DNA of 62,829 bases, filler included, from 11 parts of 11 records of this genome joined end to end with filler, not necessarily neighbours in it; one strand, 5' to 3'; counted from the first letter of the whole stretch, positions 11,449 to 25,596 are shown. Translations and numbers: made by a program. Notes: a model not told the origin generated them from the letters alone.

Positions 11449-11724
11449 TCCCGGGATCTGAGCAAAAAGGAGGCTTGAAAAAAGTGCCGCCTGAACCGCA
11501 TGCATGCGCATGCTGGTGTGTGCGGTGTGTTGGCTGACTGCAGTAGACTGCATGTGTCTCTTGGTAAAAAAAAGAGAAGGTACACCGTAACCGTCGCAGT
11601 ATATAACGGACATATTGTACAGATTGGGCCCGCAAGGCTAGGGTTAACGTTCCTAGCCATACAAATCTCCTGGAGTGATCAATGATTGTAGCAGCAGACA
11701 GCTATGCTATGGGCGCAAAGTCGA

Positions 11725-12882
11725 TTAGGAGTCTGTAGGTGGCGGCTCGACAAGCAGCGCCTCTTCGTTTCGGCGCCGCCTCTCGACCTCAGCCTCGCTA
11801 TAGAATAAAGCCTCACGCCGCCGATACCCCTCCCGAGCTTGCTCGGACTGTTGGAACAAAGTGGCCTCCTGCCATCCCGTGATGCAGCTGGCTCCTACAA
11901 GCCGGGCACCACGCGAGGCTTGGGCTGCCTGTACTCCATGTGCCCCGGAGTCTCTAGTGACGGCCGGCTGCCGCCCGACTCGCGAGCCACCTCCAGTTCC
12001 TGGCACCAGTCAGCCCAGTCTACACCAAACTCACCGCAAGCTTCACAACGCAATTGACCGATCCGAGCAGCTCGACTGTTGCCGCTGCCATCTCAATCGC
12101 GCCGATCTTGGCCGCAGCGCTGTCGATGCAAGCCGGGTCCGAGGGCAGCCCAGCCACCGCCGTCTCTAGAGCCTGCAGCCATGCAATTGGCCGGCCGCTA
12201 GCTGATTGAGCGCCTGGGCAAATTCGAGAGTCGGGAGCCGCACCAACTGCTGCTTCCTGCCCACGTCTCGGGGGCACCGCCCCGCTTTGTGGCACCTCTC
12301 TGTCGGCGCGCTGTGGGCTTTTGCCTCAGCCCTCAACGCAGCTGCGGCCTCAGTTTCGGCCCAACCGGCGCCTCGGACCACAGCGGCCTGAGCCAGCTCA
12401 TCCCAGGCCGGCGGCGGGCTACCATGCTGTCTGGTACCAGGCATGGCCGCATGCAAGTGATCGCAGCGCGAACTGCCGCCGCGACCAGCTCTGCGAGCCG
12501 GATCAGCTGTGCTGGCTGTGATCTCACCGAGCTCCGGCTGGTCTGGGCCCTCGAGAATCAGCGAGGCCACTCCTGCCGGTGGCTGAGCCAGACTGTCGCG
12601 GGGCAGGGCTGCCGTCCTGGTTGGGTAACCCGGTGAAGCTGGCCATGCTCTGATGCTCGAGCCTTGCGCTCGCCGCGCTGCTTCACTGGCTCAGGGCCCG
12701 CGCCGGCTGCCACCCGCCTGCCCAGCTGACCCGGCTCGATTGGTGGCTGGTCGGGCCCCAGTGAGCACACCGCCGCCTCGGCCGCCCGCGCGAGCAGCGC
12801 AGCCATAGCGGCGTTGACTCCAGCTACCGCCAGCACCTGCCATGCTGCTGATGCTCGCATGCGTCAGACCCACCCCGCGGCT
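11725..12882 (-). CDS. Hypothetical alanine-rich helical protein, multi-intron, 5' truncated
   Basis: Successive minus-strand frames can be joined by ~40-nt introns, ending ...EVERRRRNEEALLVEPPPTDS*; no family recognised. Confidence 0.5.
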
Positions 12883-13131
12883 NNNNNNNNNNNNNNNNNN
12901 NNNNNNNNNNNNNNNNNNNNNNNNNNTTAATTAATTAANNNNNNNNNNNNNNNNNNNNNNNNNNNNNNNNNNNNNNNNNNNNACAGAGACCGTTATGGCA
13001 CCTGCAAAGCGTCATAAAACCTGCCTTCCGTTTTTCTTTTTTCTCTTTTCTTTACGGGCTCAATGCAGGAGGCAGTGACGTAGAGGCGCTCTCCAGGCTG
13101 CGCCCCAGGCTGCCACCCCACAGCTGCCGGG

Positions 13132-16100
13132 ATGCTCGAGGGGCTGTTCGCGGAGACGCTGTCCGGGCTGCTCGGCGACTGGATCGAGGACATAGACGGC
13201 AACCAGCTCCGGATCGCCTTCCTGCAGGGCGCTCTGGACCTGCGCGGCGTCAACGTCAGGCGCGACGCTATCTCACAGTTCGGGTTCCCGCTCCGGGTGA
13301 AGCGGGGCCGGATCGGTTCGCTGCACCTGTCGGTGCCCTGGGCCAATCTCAAGAGCGAGGCCACCAAGCTGGTGATCAAAGACGTGTACATCCTGCTCGA
13401 GTCGTTGCCTTGGCAGCCCGACGGCTACCAGAAGAGGAGAGAGCGGGCCAAGATGCGGGCGGTTGACCGGGGGCTCCGGCCGATCCAGGCTAAGCTGGCC
13501 CGGGGCTCGAGTGACACTGGCTGGGCGGGCATGCTGCTCCAGACCGTACTGGACAATCTGCAGGTCAAAGTACACAACGTGCACCTCAGGTTCGAGGACT
13601 GCACCCTGCTCCAGCCGCCGCACGTGGCCCCGGGCACCATGATCGCCGCGGGGCTCTTCCTGCACTCTTGCCAGGCCTACACGACCGACGCACAAGGGCG
13701 AGCAGGAACCTCGCAGAGCAGCGCCGTGGTGCACAAGACTGTGGCAGTGCAGGGCCTGGCAGTCTACTGTGACATCGACCAGGCTGGGGACGGGTTCGCG
13801 GCCCCGGTGGTGCTGGACAGCGCTAGTTCGTTCAGCAACCAGATGCTCTCGCTGATGCGGCTGCTCCAGGTGCGAGCTCCTCCTGGCGCGGGCCAGCCTC
13901 GGGCGGCAGGCCGGCCAGCTCAACCCGCCAAAGCACCACTACCTGCTCCAGCCCATGTCGGCTGTGACTGCCTTCACCCATACCCGTTATCTGCTGCCCG
14001 AGATGCCAGCCGACACGCCCGAGTACAAGCTCACGCTCGAGGTGCCTCTGGCTGGCCCAACCACCAGCCGCTCGCGCAGGTCTGCCGGGCGCTGCAGCTG
14101 TCTCAGCAGGCCTCCTTCAACCTGCATCTCTCAGAGACCCAGCTCTGGGCGCTGGCCTCCTTCACAGAGCACTGTGTCAGGTACGGACGTGCCGAGCGCT
14201 TCCGCTGCCTCCGGTGTGTCATGCCTGTGGACTTCTAGTGAGCTTGCCACAGACCAATGCTCGTGATGCCGCGACCAACCGCCTCGCGCGCTGCCTGCCT
14301 GCTCTGGTGGCAGTATGTGCTCGAGTATTTAAAGCAGGAAGCCAGGTGCAGTCCGGTCGGTGCTGCCTGACTAGCCTGGCTCCTCAGGAGAGCTCGCTGG
14401 AGAGTATCAGCAGCTCAATTGGCCCAGCGTCGGCTAGACCGGTGCAGATACTCTCAATTGTACGAAAAGACCAAACAGATGCCTTGGGCCGAGAAGCCCA
14501 CCCCTGCAGAGGAGCAAGAATGGAGCCAGCTCCGTGCCCGGCTCTCGGAAGACGACATTGTTTTCTTCGAGGCACAGGCCGCAGCAAGCCTCGTGAGCCG
14601 GGGACAGGCGCTAGCTATCCGAGTGGCGCAGTGCCGGCAGCTGCAGTACGACAGCATCCGGCAGTCACAGTCGGTCTGGGCCAGGATATTCTCGTCAGAT
14701 GTGCTGCTAGTCGGTGCGCTCTGCCCCAAGACCCTCCTAAATCGCAGCCAGGTGAGCTGTCCGAGGACGAGCTCTCAGCCGCCAGAACGCTCTTCTGCGA
14801 GGACGTCACAATGGCGCTCACTCGACAGGTGCAACTCGAATGCAGCTTGAGTGCGCTCTCACTCAGCTGCACGGTCTCTGACCACTGGCACCGGCCAATC
14901 GTCTCGTTGACCAGCCACAGGCTGCATCTCGAGTGCCGGCAGCTGTCCAGTCGGTTTGAGCTGAGGTACTTTTGCGGCGCGGTGGAGGCTATCGACCACT
15001 TTACTGTGGACTCCAGCTGTCCACACATGGTCAAGTCGACAGAGGCCAGCCCCGAGGAGACTGGTAAGTTCCTTGAGTCAGTGGAAAAGCGCCTGGCGCA
15101 GTTGGAGCAATTCAGCAGGCAATTTAGCAGTGAAGATAAACGGAGTGCGGAGAAGCTGCGAATCGCTCTGGTGCGCTCCGCTTCTGTTGGTGCTTTTTTA
15201 TTTGCGGCTGTGCTTGCAGGATCGGGCTGCAAGCATGAAGCAGCACGGCTGGTGTGTCGAATATCAGAGCAGCGCCGGGGAGCATCAGAGGGCGGAGGTC
15301 TTATGGTATTCAACTGACACAGTTCAGTTTATCATCAGTCCGCCCTGCATTAAGCGAATCAGCACTGTGTGGGCTGCTCTGTCCGGCTTGGAGCTGTACA
15401 CGCTCCGTCAGAAGGCACACGCCAGGCCCCAGCACACCAAGCAGCCGCTGCAGACGCTGGTCACGATTTGCATCCGTGTACCTGTTGTTAATCTGCCGTT
15501 GACGGTGACCGACCCGCATCACGCGGTGCTACTGGCAGACGCCCAGACTTTAATCTGCACCACGCACCAGAGCACGTCGGGAGGATTAGAGCAACTTTAT
15601 TTGGTATGCGTGCAAGGAGTTGGGTTTCACGTCGCGCCCTCGCTGGACCTGGCGGCCAAGGCGCCGCTTTGTGCTGAGCCATTCGACTGCGTCATGTCTG
15701 TGGAAGGTAGCAACGCTTCGTTGCTTGAAGTCACAATCCAGAGCGAACTGCGACTGATCCTGAGCCAAGAGCACTATCAGGCCTTGGCTGGAATTCTCCT
15801 CTCGCTACACAGAGTCTTTGCCGATGGCTCCCCAAGAGAGGTAGCGGGGTCCGCTTCTCCAGGTTCCAGTCCAGGCAGGACAAGCCCAAGCTTGGGACGG
15901 CTCCGCCCCGCATCGTGCCGACGCAATCCTCGGCTACTCGGAAACCCATTCTTTGTTGTTAAACTTTCAACATGCGGGTTTTCTCTGACGCTGTCTGAAG
16001 AAACCTTGTCAGTAGACCTGCAAGCCAGCATCGCAAGCTTGTCTTTAGAGCTACAAATCTTCCCGGACGCCAGCACAATGTCGCTTAGGGCGGGGAAACT

Positions 16101-17989
16101 GCTGCTGCGCGATCTTAACCGGCCGCACATGGCGGCCTTGATGGTGATGTCGACGTCTTGCCACGAGGTCAGCGACGGTGTCTTGGCAGATTCCAATTCG
16201 ACCACTGCTCGGCCGGAGCTGTCTTTCCAACTGGACACCATCAGCACACCATTGCACGAACTCGCTCACGATGTTTCTATCTTCGTGCAGCCAATAGTCA
16301 TCAACTATAGCAACACTGTCTGCGCTTCGCTGTTTGGCTTCCTGGCTACAGAAGCGCTTCAAGACACACACTCATCGGCAGCAGACCACTCGGTTCGGCC
16401 GACAGTGCAGTTGCTCTCAGAAGCGCGAGCAAGATCCGAAAAGGTTGGCACGGCTCTGGATGCGGTGGACACTCTGCTGAGCATAGCAATGGAGGAAGAC
16501 AAAGTTGGTCGGCGGCCTGGCGTCTTACTCGATGACGACTTCGAATTTGAAACGCCTAGGATGTCCTGCCAAGAGGTGGCAGGTCGAACGCTAGCTGTAG
16601 ATGCACTAACACCCTCAAATTCGGATGAATCGCCGACGATGCACGCGTCTCCAGCTCTGACAGCAGCGCGCTCCCGATCTAACGCCGTGAGTAGCACACT
16701 AGATGCCGTGAACGCACTGCTGAGCAGGATTGTCGAGTCTCCCTCTGAGCACCCCTCAGGTAACGACGAAGGTATACGCGTTCCAGGTGCTGATGGCGAA
16801 AGGAGTAGAGCGTCCAGTTTCTGCTCTATGGACTCGGGCCACTCGGAACTGGAAGCTAACCTAGGCTACGTGGACAACGCCCCTGACCAAGGTCTTACAA
16901 AATGGAGCGTCTTGTGCGCTGGCATTCGCGCCAATTTTCATCATGTGACGCCATCTGTGGACGAACCTCAGGCGCTCATGTCACTGCGCTCTGGAGCTTT
17001 GGATGTGCATGTCATTGGGCCAGATTGTATGTTTTGCAAGGTTAGTTTGGATCACTTCACTTTGATTTCGCACATGGATGCTCAGAATCAGACTGTGCTG
17101 CGGCAGATGCCCGATCAGACATGGCTAACCCTCCAGTATCAACGTCCCTTGGCATCTGCTGTCTTGCTACAGCTCGAGCGAATGTGCTTAAGAGACCGCG
17201 ACGACGATGGAGCCGCTGGGCAGCCTCTCTGCTCGATAGATGTTGGCTCGACGACGTGCTCCCTCGACAAAGTATTTATTGCAACTCTGCAGGAGTTCTG
17301 TGGCGCCATTCCAAGATTCCCCTGTACACAAGCTGCCGACCAAGTCGCAGAGGGATCTTCAGACAACGAACTGGCAATTAAGGTACGGCTCGGGGAAGTG
17401 ACGGTCTGGGCAGTCGAACAATCCCCATTTGAATTTTGGCGATCGCCCCCTGTGGAACTGGAGATTTTATTAGGCGAATCTGTGATCCTGGAATTTAGTT
17501 TCTCCCGCGAGTGTCCAGTGGAAGAGGATGGCTCCATGTCGCTGTTGGACCCAATTGAGTTGTCCTACTGGCTAGGGGTCCTTTTTGGAGACGAAGACGA
17601 GCAGTCGATAGACCCTACTATTCCGGATACAATATTGTACCTGAAGATTGGCGAACTGCCTCCTGGATTCATTCGAATCCACCGTGGTAGGCAACGCATC
17701 GGCAAGCTTGCTCTCAGCAGCTTAGATGCGGAGTTCGCATGGCAGCAATACGGTGTACATTATAAGGTCGGAATTATAGCCGGGGCCTCTGAGCTTGAGT
17801 GGCGCTCGACTGTAATCAACGTTGATGGCTGGACGTTGCTATCCACCAACTGCTGCCGTGATTTGGAGGTCGAGATGCCTCCATTTAAGGCCGAGGACAG
17901 ACTTCCCACAGCCGTGCTCGACGAGGAGGCGGATCTGGTCTGGCTTGAGATAGCGGGCGAGGCTCGTGCAAAGTACGAACCAGTGAGCA
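13132..17989 (+). CDS. VPS13: VPS13-like (Chorein-N) lipid transfer protein, 3' truncated; about 6 introns
   Basis: MLEGLFAETLSGLLGDWIEDID..QLRIAFLQGALDL...GRIGSLHLSVPWANLKS...LDNLQVKVHNVHLRFED; WWQY motif after splicing (introns incl. 13870-13909, 14042-14079, 14214-14252, 14346-14387). Confidence 0.85.
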
Positions 17990-18090
17990 NNNNNNNNNNN
18001 NNNNNNNNNNNNNNNNNNNNNNNNNNNNNNNNNTTAATTAATTAANNNNNNNNNNNNNNNNNNNNNNNNNNNNNNNNNNNNNNNNNNNNA

Positions 18091-21000
18091 ATGACTCCAG
18101 TCGACGGCCAGCCCGCGACCGAGCGGCAGGGCTGGGCGGAATGGGTCACTGGCAAGAGGGAGATCGTGCAGAAGCAGGCCCGCCGGGCGGCCAAGTCGGT
18201 AGTGCTCCGGACGCTGCTGGTCGTCGACCGTCTGAGCGGCCGCTACATCCAGGCACACCCCCCAGCCGGCCGCGCTCAGCCGGTCGGCTCAGGAGAATGT
18301 CCAGACAGCACTCGCCAAGGTGCTGGATATCAACGACGAGGCTGGGAAATACGCCGTGTTTCAGGACGTCGAGGGCGGGGTGGCTTTCCAGATGAAAGAC
18401 GACAAGGGCGAGCCAGTGGGTGTTAACCTGAACGAGACGATGATTGAGATGATCTACAAAAACACTGGGTTCACAGTGGGCCCCGGCGACCAGGACCAGC
18501 GCGGGCCGCACTTTGTTCGGTTCGAGTGCCAGGTGAGCGTGGACGCGGACAAGCGGAGTTTAATCCAGATCGGCCACCCCGATTTCAGCCCGGGTAAGAA
18601 TCAAGAGTGCTGCAGCACGATAGAGTTGTACACACACAAGTACGCCACTTGGCTAAAAGAGCAGTCAGAGGCCCAGCCCAGATCGTCATGCGCCGAGCAG
18701 GGTGCGCCGCCCGAGCAGGATGCCGCGCCTGAGGGGTCGGTGCCCGTGGACGGGGAAGGGGGGATGACGGGTTGGCTGTACGGCGTGGGCGAGGGGCTGG
18801 TGGCTGCGATGCTCAAGAAGCTGAGAGTCAGAGTGCAGGGCCTGCAGCTGGTGCACCACAGTGAGCATTGCCGGCCGGATCGATGTGTGTGCGGTCTGCA
18901 TGAAGAACACCCGCCAGAAACCTGTGGTCAGTGCTACAAGGGAAGACTGGAGCTCGCGCTGGAACACGCAGTCTTGGACTGCAAGGACATCCAGGAGAGC
19001 CAAAGGGGTGTCAAGTTCAACAAATTCTTGTTCAAGAGTGTTCTCAGCGGGCTGAACCTGAATGTGTTTGCGCCACGAGGCAAGGGGCTGCTGTTGTCGG
19101 CCAAGACCTGGAAACCGATGAGTTGGGACCACAAGAGTGCAGAGCTGCTGGTTTCGATCAAGTTGCCCACCGAGAATCATGCCGACACCAAATACCAACT
19201 GTATGGCACACTCAACTCGATTGAGTTGCACTATCACTTCGCAGCACCACCGGACGAGCACCAATCAAAGCGAATGCGCCGGAGGAGCACAGCTGAGATT
19301 TCAGAAGAGCTGCGAGCAGAGATGGGGAAGTCTATGAAGCTGCAAGTACACGAGGCAGGAATGGACAGTGTGCCAAGCGAGGAGCAGTGCATCAAGGACA
19401 AGCCGCCGCATAAGCTCAGGCTTTTTGGGCACAACGGGGACCCTGGAACGGAGCTGATGGCTTTCTTCTACTCATCAGACGGCAGCAGGGCGCGGGAACC
19501 AAGCTGGATCCAAGAGGTGCTGGCCAGGCCCAGGCCGGCTGAGTTGGGACAGGATCCGCTCTGCAATGATAACTTCATGGCCGAGGTTCACCAAGTGCAG
19601 CCGACACAGTCAGGCAAGCACGGAGATGCGCTGGACATTGGGCTCTTTAAGCTCAAGTTTGCTGCAATGGAGGTGTTGCTACATGAAGATGGTTAGTATA
19701 GCCACAGCCTACCCGACCTGAGTGTGGTCTGTGGCAGTGATCCTTCAGCTGTGTTACACTTTCAACAGTCTGCTGCCGGAAGCAGCTGCAAGCGGACCGG
19801 AGCAGAGCTCCGCCAAGCATGATACAGCCGAGCAATTTATGAATGAACGCCGTGGAGAGATGTTTGAGTCTATAGAAGACACGGCTACTTCCATAGCAGC
19901 TGCGAGTCCACTGGGTCCGGCGCTTGAGTCCAAAGACGATTGTTCCCCAAATCGCTCTGCTCTGTCTGTCCTGGTCCCGGCAGTGTTGCGTCAGGGTCGT
20001 GCTGCGGCACAATGCTACAATGCTGAAAATGTACTTGAAGACGGCACTTATCCATGGCTAGCCTTGATGCCAGACGAGCATATGAATATCCAGACGGATC
20101 AGCACAACTGGTTTGTTCTCGATCTAATGGGATTGCACACTCTCGATTCATTCGAGCTCAAAAGCTGCACGGGTGAAGGCTGGATGCTGGGCGAGGTGAA
20201 ACTTCAAGGATGCATAAGTGCAGTTGAGCCAATAGAGTGGCATGATCTTGCAAGTTTTTCGTTGACAAGTGAGGAGCACAGCTTTGAGCTTGATCCTTCA
20301 GCGCAAATGCTCAAAGTGGCATTCGTCAAGGTAATGGCCTGTCTCTCTGTGTGCTATGGCTGCCATCTGTGGCTAGCGAAATTAATCTGGGCGCAGGTGA
20401 TCTGTACGTCTTCATGTATAGGCGATGCTGCAGCTCATTACATGGAAGCAGATGAGAACGAGGAAGAACCCGAGATAGAATTCACCGATCTGGCTGCTCG
20501 TGTGACAAGAGCGCTAACTAGTTCTTACAACAGAGCGCTAAGCAGTCCGAACCAGCAGCGCGAGCGGGAGTTCGAAGTTTGGGGGGGGCTTCTAACTTTC
20601 AAGCTCTTGGGGCGAAAAATACTCGCAGACAGCGAGTTCAGGATCTACTTGCACATGGAGAGTGCTGTGATTCGCATGCCGAAAGTTGACGCTGAAGAAC
20701 TGTACAACTTGAAATGGCCCTGCGCATGCTCTCTTTGCACAAAGGACGGAGAGGTATCACTCATCGATAATAATGTTTGAATTGGCAGTTGCACTGATTT
20801 CCTGTGGGCTCTGCAGACTTTTACTGGCCGGATTGACTGGACGCGCACTCCCAGACTGGATATCCGTCCGGGCGACCTAACTTTGCATGCTATTTTGGGT
20901 CAGATGCTGATATGCCAGCTCAGGAAAATCGGAGTCGACTTGATTGCGTCGGCCACAAAGAACATGCCCTTGGAACAGGAACTGATGTCTTCTGGCCTCG

Positions 21001-24000
21001 GTGGCAAATCACTAGACAATATTGACCTTCGTAAAATGAGTCCTAAAAATCCATACAGACAGGGCGACCAAGCAGTTCTAGATATCGACAGCCTGAAGAT
21101 ACGGCGGCGTAGGCTCAAGCCAAGCGATTCTGACGCTTCCAGTGGATTATATACGGAATCACTGGTCCAGCTCAAGACGAGCAAGTGCTTGAAGATTGTA
21201 TTAACTCGGTCAGAAATGCAGCAGGTAATAGTCAGTACCATGGATGAAGGCAAGCTCTGCCTGAAATACGACGAAAGATTCATCAATCAAGTTTATGAGA
21301 TACGCGAAGTACAGCAGAGATCAAGTCAAGCTGCGCTGTTGGCATCATCTTCACACTTGACATCATCAGAGGTTTCCTTGAAGAAGATGCGAGCAGATAT
21401 CCAGGCTGGCTTCACAAGAAGGTTCAAAGATGCTCAAGACTTTGCAAGGAGCTTGAATGGAAGAGCGGATCACTGGGTTTTTGGAATGCGCTTTGTTGTG
21501 AATCATCCTATTGATTTGGTCTACAAATCACCGTCTTGGCCTCCACTCGAGGCAGTCTTCATGCCCAAGATTTCGATCCTGCTCAATCCGCAGGGCCCGG
21601 TGGTTGGAATTGATTTTCACGGCGTTAAAATATGGTTTCCAAGTCGAAAGGCTTGCCCGAGTGCTGAAAAGTGCCAGTTTTTAGCTTCATGGGCTGTAGA
21701 ACAGCTGGAAACCGAGCATGCTGCCCCTATTCCTGACCTGCATACAATCAAGCGCTTGGAGATATTCCGAGACGTCTTCAGCAGTTATTCTTGCCGCCTT
21801 CAGGTCCGCTAGACATTATGCCTGCTGTTTGGTTGATATTTTGCGGTTGCTGTAGGGGCGATTTCCAGCTTGTGGTGACGATGACGAGGCATCCTTGCCA
21901 GGACAGCTCATCTTCGCACCATTTGAGGGCAAAGGGATGCTTTCAACAACAATTTTGCGACTTCACATTGAAAACACGCTGGGTGGCAACCTCTTGGATT
22001 TCCAGGGGCTTCGTCTGATGCTCGAGCCCGCTGGCATGCAGCTGTATCTCGGGGCTGTGAATGTGAGCTCGACGATTGCTGATCATGAAGTGGACTGCTG
22101 GTGTGCCATTACAGTACCGTTTAGCCACCCGTTGATGGATTATGGCGATCGGCTTACTCTCGACTTCACAGGGGTCGGGATCCAAAGCGATTGGACAGTT
22201 GATGCTGTGCGGCATATTTCCGATGGCCTTTCTGGGTTTGGCTGTATGTTTCCAAGTGCTAAATACGAACCGACCCAGACCAGCCAGGAGACTGATCCAG
22301 ACCCAGACCAGCCAGAATGGCTTGTAATACGAGGACTTGACCAGTGCTTGGTCCGTTTAACAAATACATACCCCACACTGGGCATGTTCAACATCACCAA
22401 AATGTCAGTTTTACCTACGTGTGTGCTCTCAGAACTTGAGCCCAACAGGGAAGGCATGCGATTCAAGATCACTGCTGCACTGTGGTTCTTGCTTTCACTC
22501 GACCTTGTCCCAGTCTACTTTGCATTGGGGGTGTTCATGATGATTAACACCAGTTGCTCTGAGATCAGTGATAACACTGACCTGTGTATTGCTCAGCAGT
22601 GGGTGATTTACACATTGGGGATCGCCACTCTGGTGTGGGGCGTTTTCCTGATGCCCCTGGTGTTGTCATGCTGGCAACGGCAGGCGACCAAACAGTTTTG
22701 CCTGATTGCAAATTTCCTGGCTGCTATATCCATTGGCTTCAGCAACAGCGGCGGTGCTGCAGATCATTGGAACCCGACCACAACTATTGGGGTTCTCCGC
22801 ACCATTGGGATCTGCCTTTTTGTGACAAATGCAGTAGTGCCACTAGTGATGGAGGCTTCGTTACGCATGCGTGGCACAGCAGATGCAGACACTGTTCCGT
22901 CTCTCAATTACCCGATACACGCATCCATGTTCTATTCCAGGATAGTGCTAAATCTGATTGCGGTCTGGATTGGGATGATGGGTATGTGCCAATTGCTGCT
23001 TATCCAGTACGAGGACAATGATCGAGACTATACGCTGTGCAAGAACCTGAGTGATTTTGAAGATTCTGGAGGCGACTACATCCTCTGGTCAGGTGGAGCC
23101 AAGATTATCTACATGGTTCTTTTCACGATCGTCATGACGCTGGACCACAGCCTGAGGGACTCGCGGCTGCCAGACTGGGACTCTCCACTCATAAACCTCA
23201 ACAAACGCATGCTGCCCCTCATCGGACTACTATTGAAAGTGTTGATTTCAATTTATTGTATCGCTGACCTGAGCTTAGGAATAATCATCTTCATCAAGGT
23301 CACGAATTACCACCCCAACGGGGCCTTCGACAAAACCATTGGATGCCGCACGTACGAAGTCGCCCGCCAGGTCATCCTGTATTGGATGTTTGCGCTGGCA
23401 TGGTCGGTCATGCTTTTTATTGGACACTGGTGGGTTGCTGGCATCCGCAGAGGCAGGAGGAGGACTGAAAAGACAAAGTTTGTCCGATCAATGCGCTCAC
23501 AGTTTGCACTGACCGACCAGATCATGAGGCAATCCGGCAATCGATTTGTAGCCGACGTCGATGATAGGATGCCAGATCGCAAGCCGCGTGAAGGGGATGG
23601 GATCGATGAAGAGTTGAAGGAGCAGTGGCGTGTATGGATCAGGACCTACTATCCTGTCGGCCTGAGCTATGACTTGAATGATGATAGGTATTTGCACGAG
23701 CTGATCAGTTACTTGAGTGAGCAAAACACGCACTTGCAGCAGAATGACGACCTCTTTTACGACGCAGAGAACGAGGACGAGTTTCCGTCTGACGATTTAT
23801 TTGTAAATGAGTTGCTAGACGAGGTTCAGTCTGGCGCGCTCAACCGCACTGGTGCAGAGATAAAGCTCGATCCGCTGCACAATCAGCCAGTCGGTGCTTC
23901 ACACAGTTACAAGCATGCAATCGAAGAACGCAATCCCGAGTTGTTCAATTCCTGTGTGGCAAACGGCACGAAGCATAATCATGATTGTCATGATGGTCGC

Positions 24001-24042
24001 GATCATGATTCGGACTCTGAGAACTGGGATTACCGAGCCTAA
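18091..24042 (+). CDS. Large (~1900 aa) hypothetical protein: beta-rich N-terminal region, galactose-binding/discoidin-like segment, C-terminal multi-pass membrane domain
   Basis: ORFs 18091, 18320, 19722, 20883 and 21895 can be joined by short introns (18253-18292, 19692-19737, ~20775-20816, ~21804-21855); WFVLDLMGLHTLDSFELK resembles discoidin-type folds; ~8 hydrophobic helices at 22470-23440. Confidence 0.7.
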
Positions 24043-24291
24043 GATAGACTATGTAAATGTAACTAGTATTTACTAACAACTATAAATGAACAACAAATGA
24101 CATTATTGTTGAAGGTGTCTTTACTAAGTCTTGACGATTATAACGCTGGCGTACTCGTCGTGGCCGTGTCCTAGCCATGACCCTTGTGGCCGCGTATGCG
24201 TAGCCGGTGAAATGTCTCCACTCAGGATATCTCTCACAGGATGATGCAAAATTTTGCCTGCAAAATCCTTCGAATTCGATTGCAGACTGCA

Positions 24292-25287
24292 ATGGGGAAC
24301 GCGTGCGGCGGCACTCGAGGTGCGTTGAAAGCCACCGCATGGCCTCAATCGAGCGGCCAGATCCCCGCGCCGAGCGGGCGGCGGACCCTCGCCAAGCTGA
24401 GCGGCCTAAGCCTGCCCCGGGCAATGATTTCCAGCTGGAGGTCGTCCGCTGCCCTGCCGGGCAGCCCGTGCTCCCGCCCCGAGTGCTGGCGAGGTTCGGC
24501 ACAGAGGACGTCCAATTTTACAACCTCGGCCTCACGGTGCTGGCATTGGACCGCCGATGGGGTAATCACGGGGGCAGCGCATGACGCACGCCATATCTTA
24601 CTTCGAAATCGGCTCGTGGGAACACGACGTCCGTGTGGCCGAAGGGTCGGTCTTCGTGCTCAATTTGATAGCCGCCGGGAACACGCCGCGCTCAAAGTAC
24701 AAGTTCAAGGCCAAGAGGGTGACCGGCCGCCGGCGAGTGGCCCTGACGTGGCGGGGCAGGGCGAGGCCAGGCTGATCAGCGAGGTGCTCTCGGCCAAGGT
24801 CACCGCGCTGCTCGAGATGATCGAGGCCGATCCGACCGGCGGCCGATCCGAGCGCCGACAGCAGACCGCAAGGCGGCTGGCTCAACGCTACCCGCCGCCC
24901 CGACAACCGAGCCCGCCCCGCGCGCCCAACGACCAACCTGCCGCAAGCTCTGCGACCAACTCACCGGTGCGGGAGTCAGTATTGCGCGACAGTACCAACC
25001 AGCGCGCGACACCCAAAATGACGCCAAAGCGCAAGCAGATTGCATTGCTGCGTGACCAGCTAGAACAGGCCAAGAAGGCGCAGCATCAGGCAGAGGTTGC
25101 GCGGAATCGTGCCGAGTCAGAGGCGGGATCAAGCAAAGACTGCCTAGTGTGCATGGATGCGGCCTGCAACGTGGTGCTTGCGCCGTGCAGGCACCTTTGC
25201 TGCTGCCAGAGCTGTGCAGCTGCACTCAAATGCTGCCCTCAGTGCCGGACACCGATCGAAGAAACCTTTCAGATCTACCTGCCGTGA
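24292..25287 (+). CDS. N-acylated RING (C3HC4/IAP-type) E3 ligase with PH-like middle domain; 3 introns
   Basis: MGNACGG N-terminus; CLVCMDAACNVVLAPCRHLCCCQSCAAALKCCPQCRTPI RING; three ~41-nt GT-AG introns link the frames. Confidence 0.8.
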   Translation: MGNACGGTRGALKATAWPQSSGQIPAPSGRRTLAKLSGLSLPRAMISSWRSSAALPGSPCSRPECWRGSAQRTSNFTTSASRCWHWTADGVITGAAHDARHILLRNRLVGTRRPCGRRVGLRAQFDSRREHAALKVQVQGQEGDRPPASGPDVAGQGEARLISEVLSAKVTALLEMIEADPTGGRSERRQQTARRLAQRYPPPRQPSPPRAPNDQPAASSATNSPVRESVLRDSTNQRATPKMTPKRKQIALLRDQLEQAKKAQHQAEVARNRAESEAGSSKDCLVCMDAACNVVLAPCRHLCCCQSCAAALKCCPQCRTPIEETFQIYLP

Positions 25288-25596
25288 TTGTCCTTTCACG
25301 TACGTACAAGTGGTGAGGACCCCAGCGGTGAGGACCCCAGCAACCACATCGTATGAGCAGAGCTCAGTCAACTCTTAGAAGTTTCAATTAAATTTAAGTG
25401 TACACGTAAAGCACTTCTACCCAAAAGCTTACCAAAAGCTAGTGGGAATTTAGGAGTAATTTAGGAGTACAAGTACCAGTAAGTACATGATTGTACTCAA
25501 TATTACGCGGCAAGGGCGTTTGCCTCATCAAGTTTTTAGCGGGCTGACCCCGTCGGTGTTAGAGCTGCTGTGCGCGTTGCTTCATCTGGACGACGC

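Noticed and set aside
17900-18300. Continuation of VPS13 into the next large ORF
   Set aside because: Separated by an artificial spacer; the second contig has its own ATG and there is no linkage evidence.
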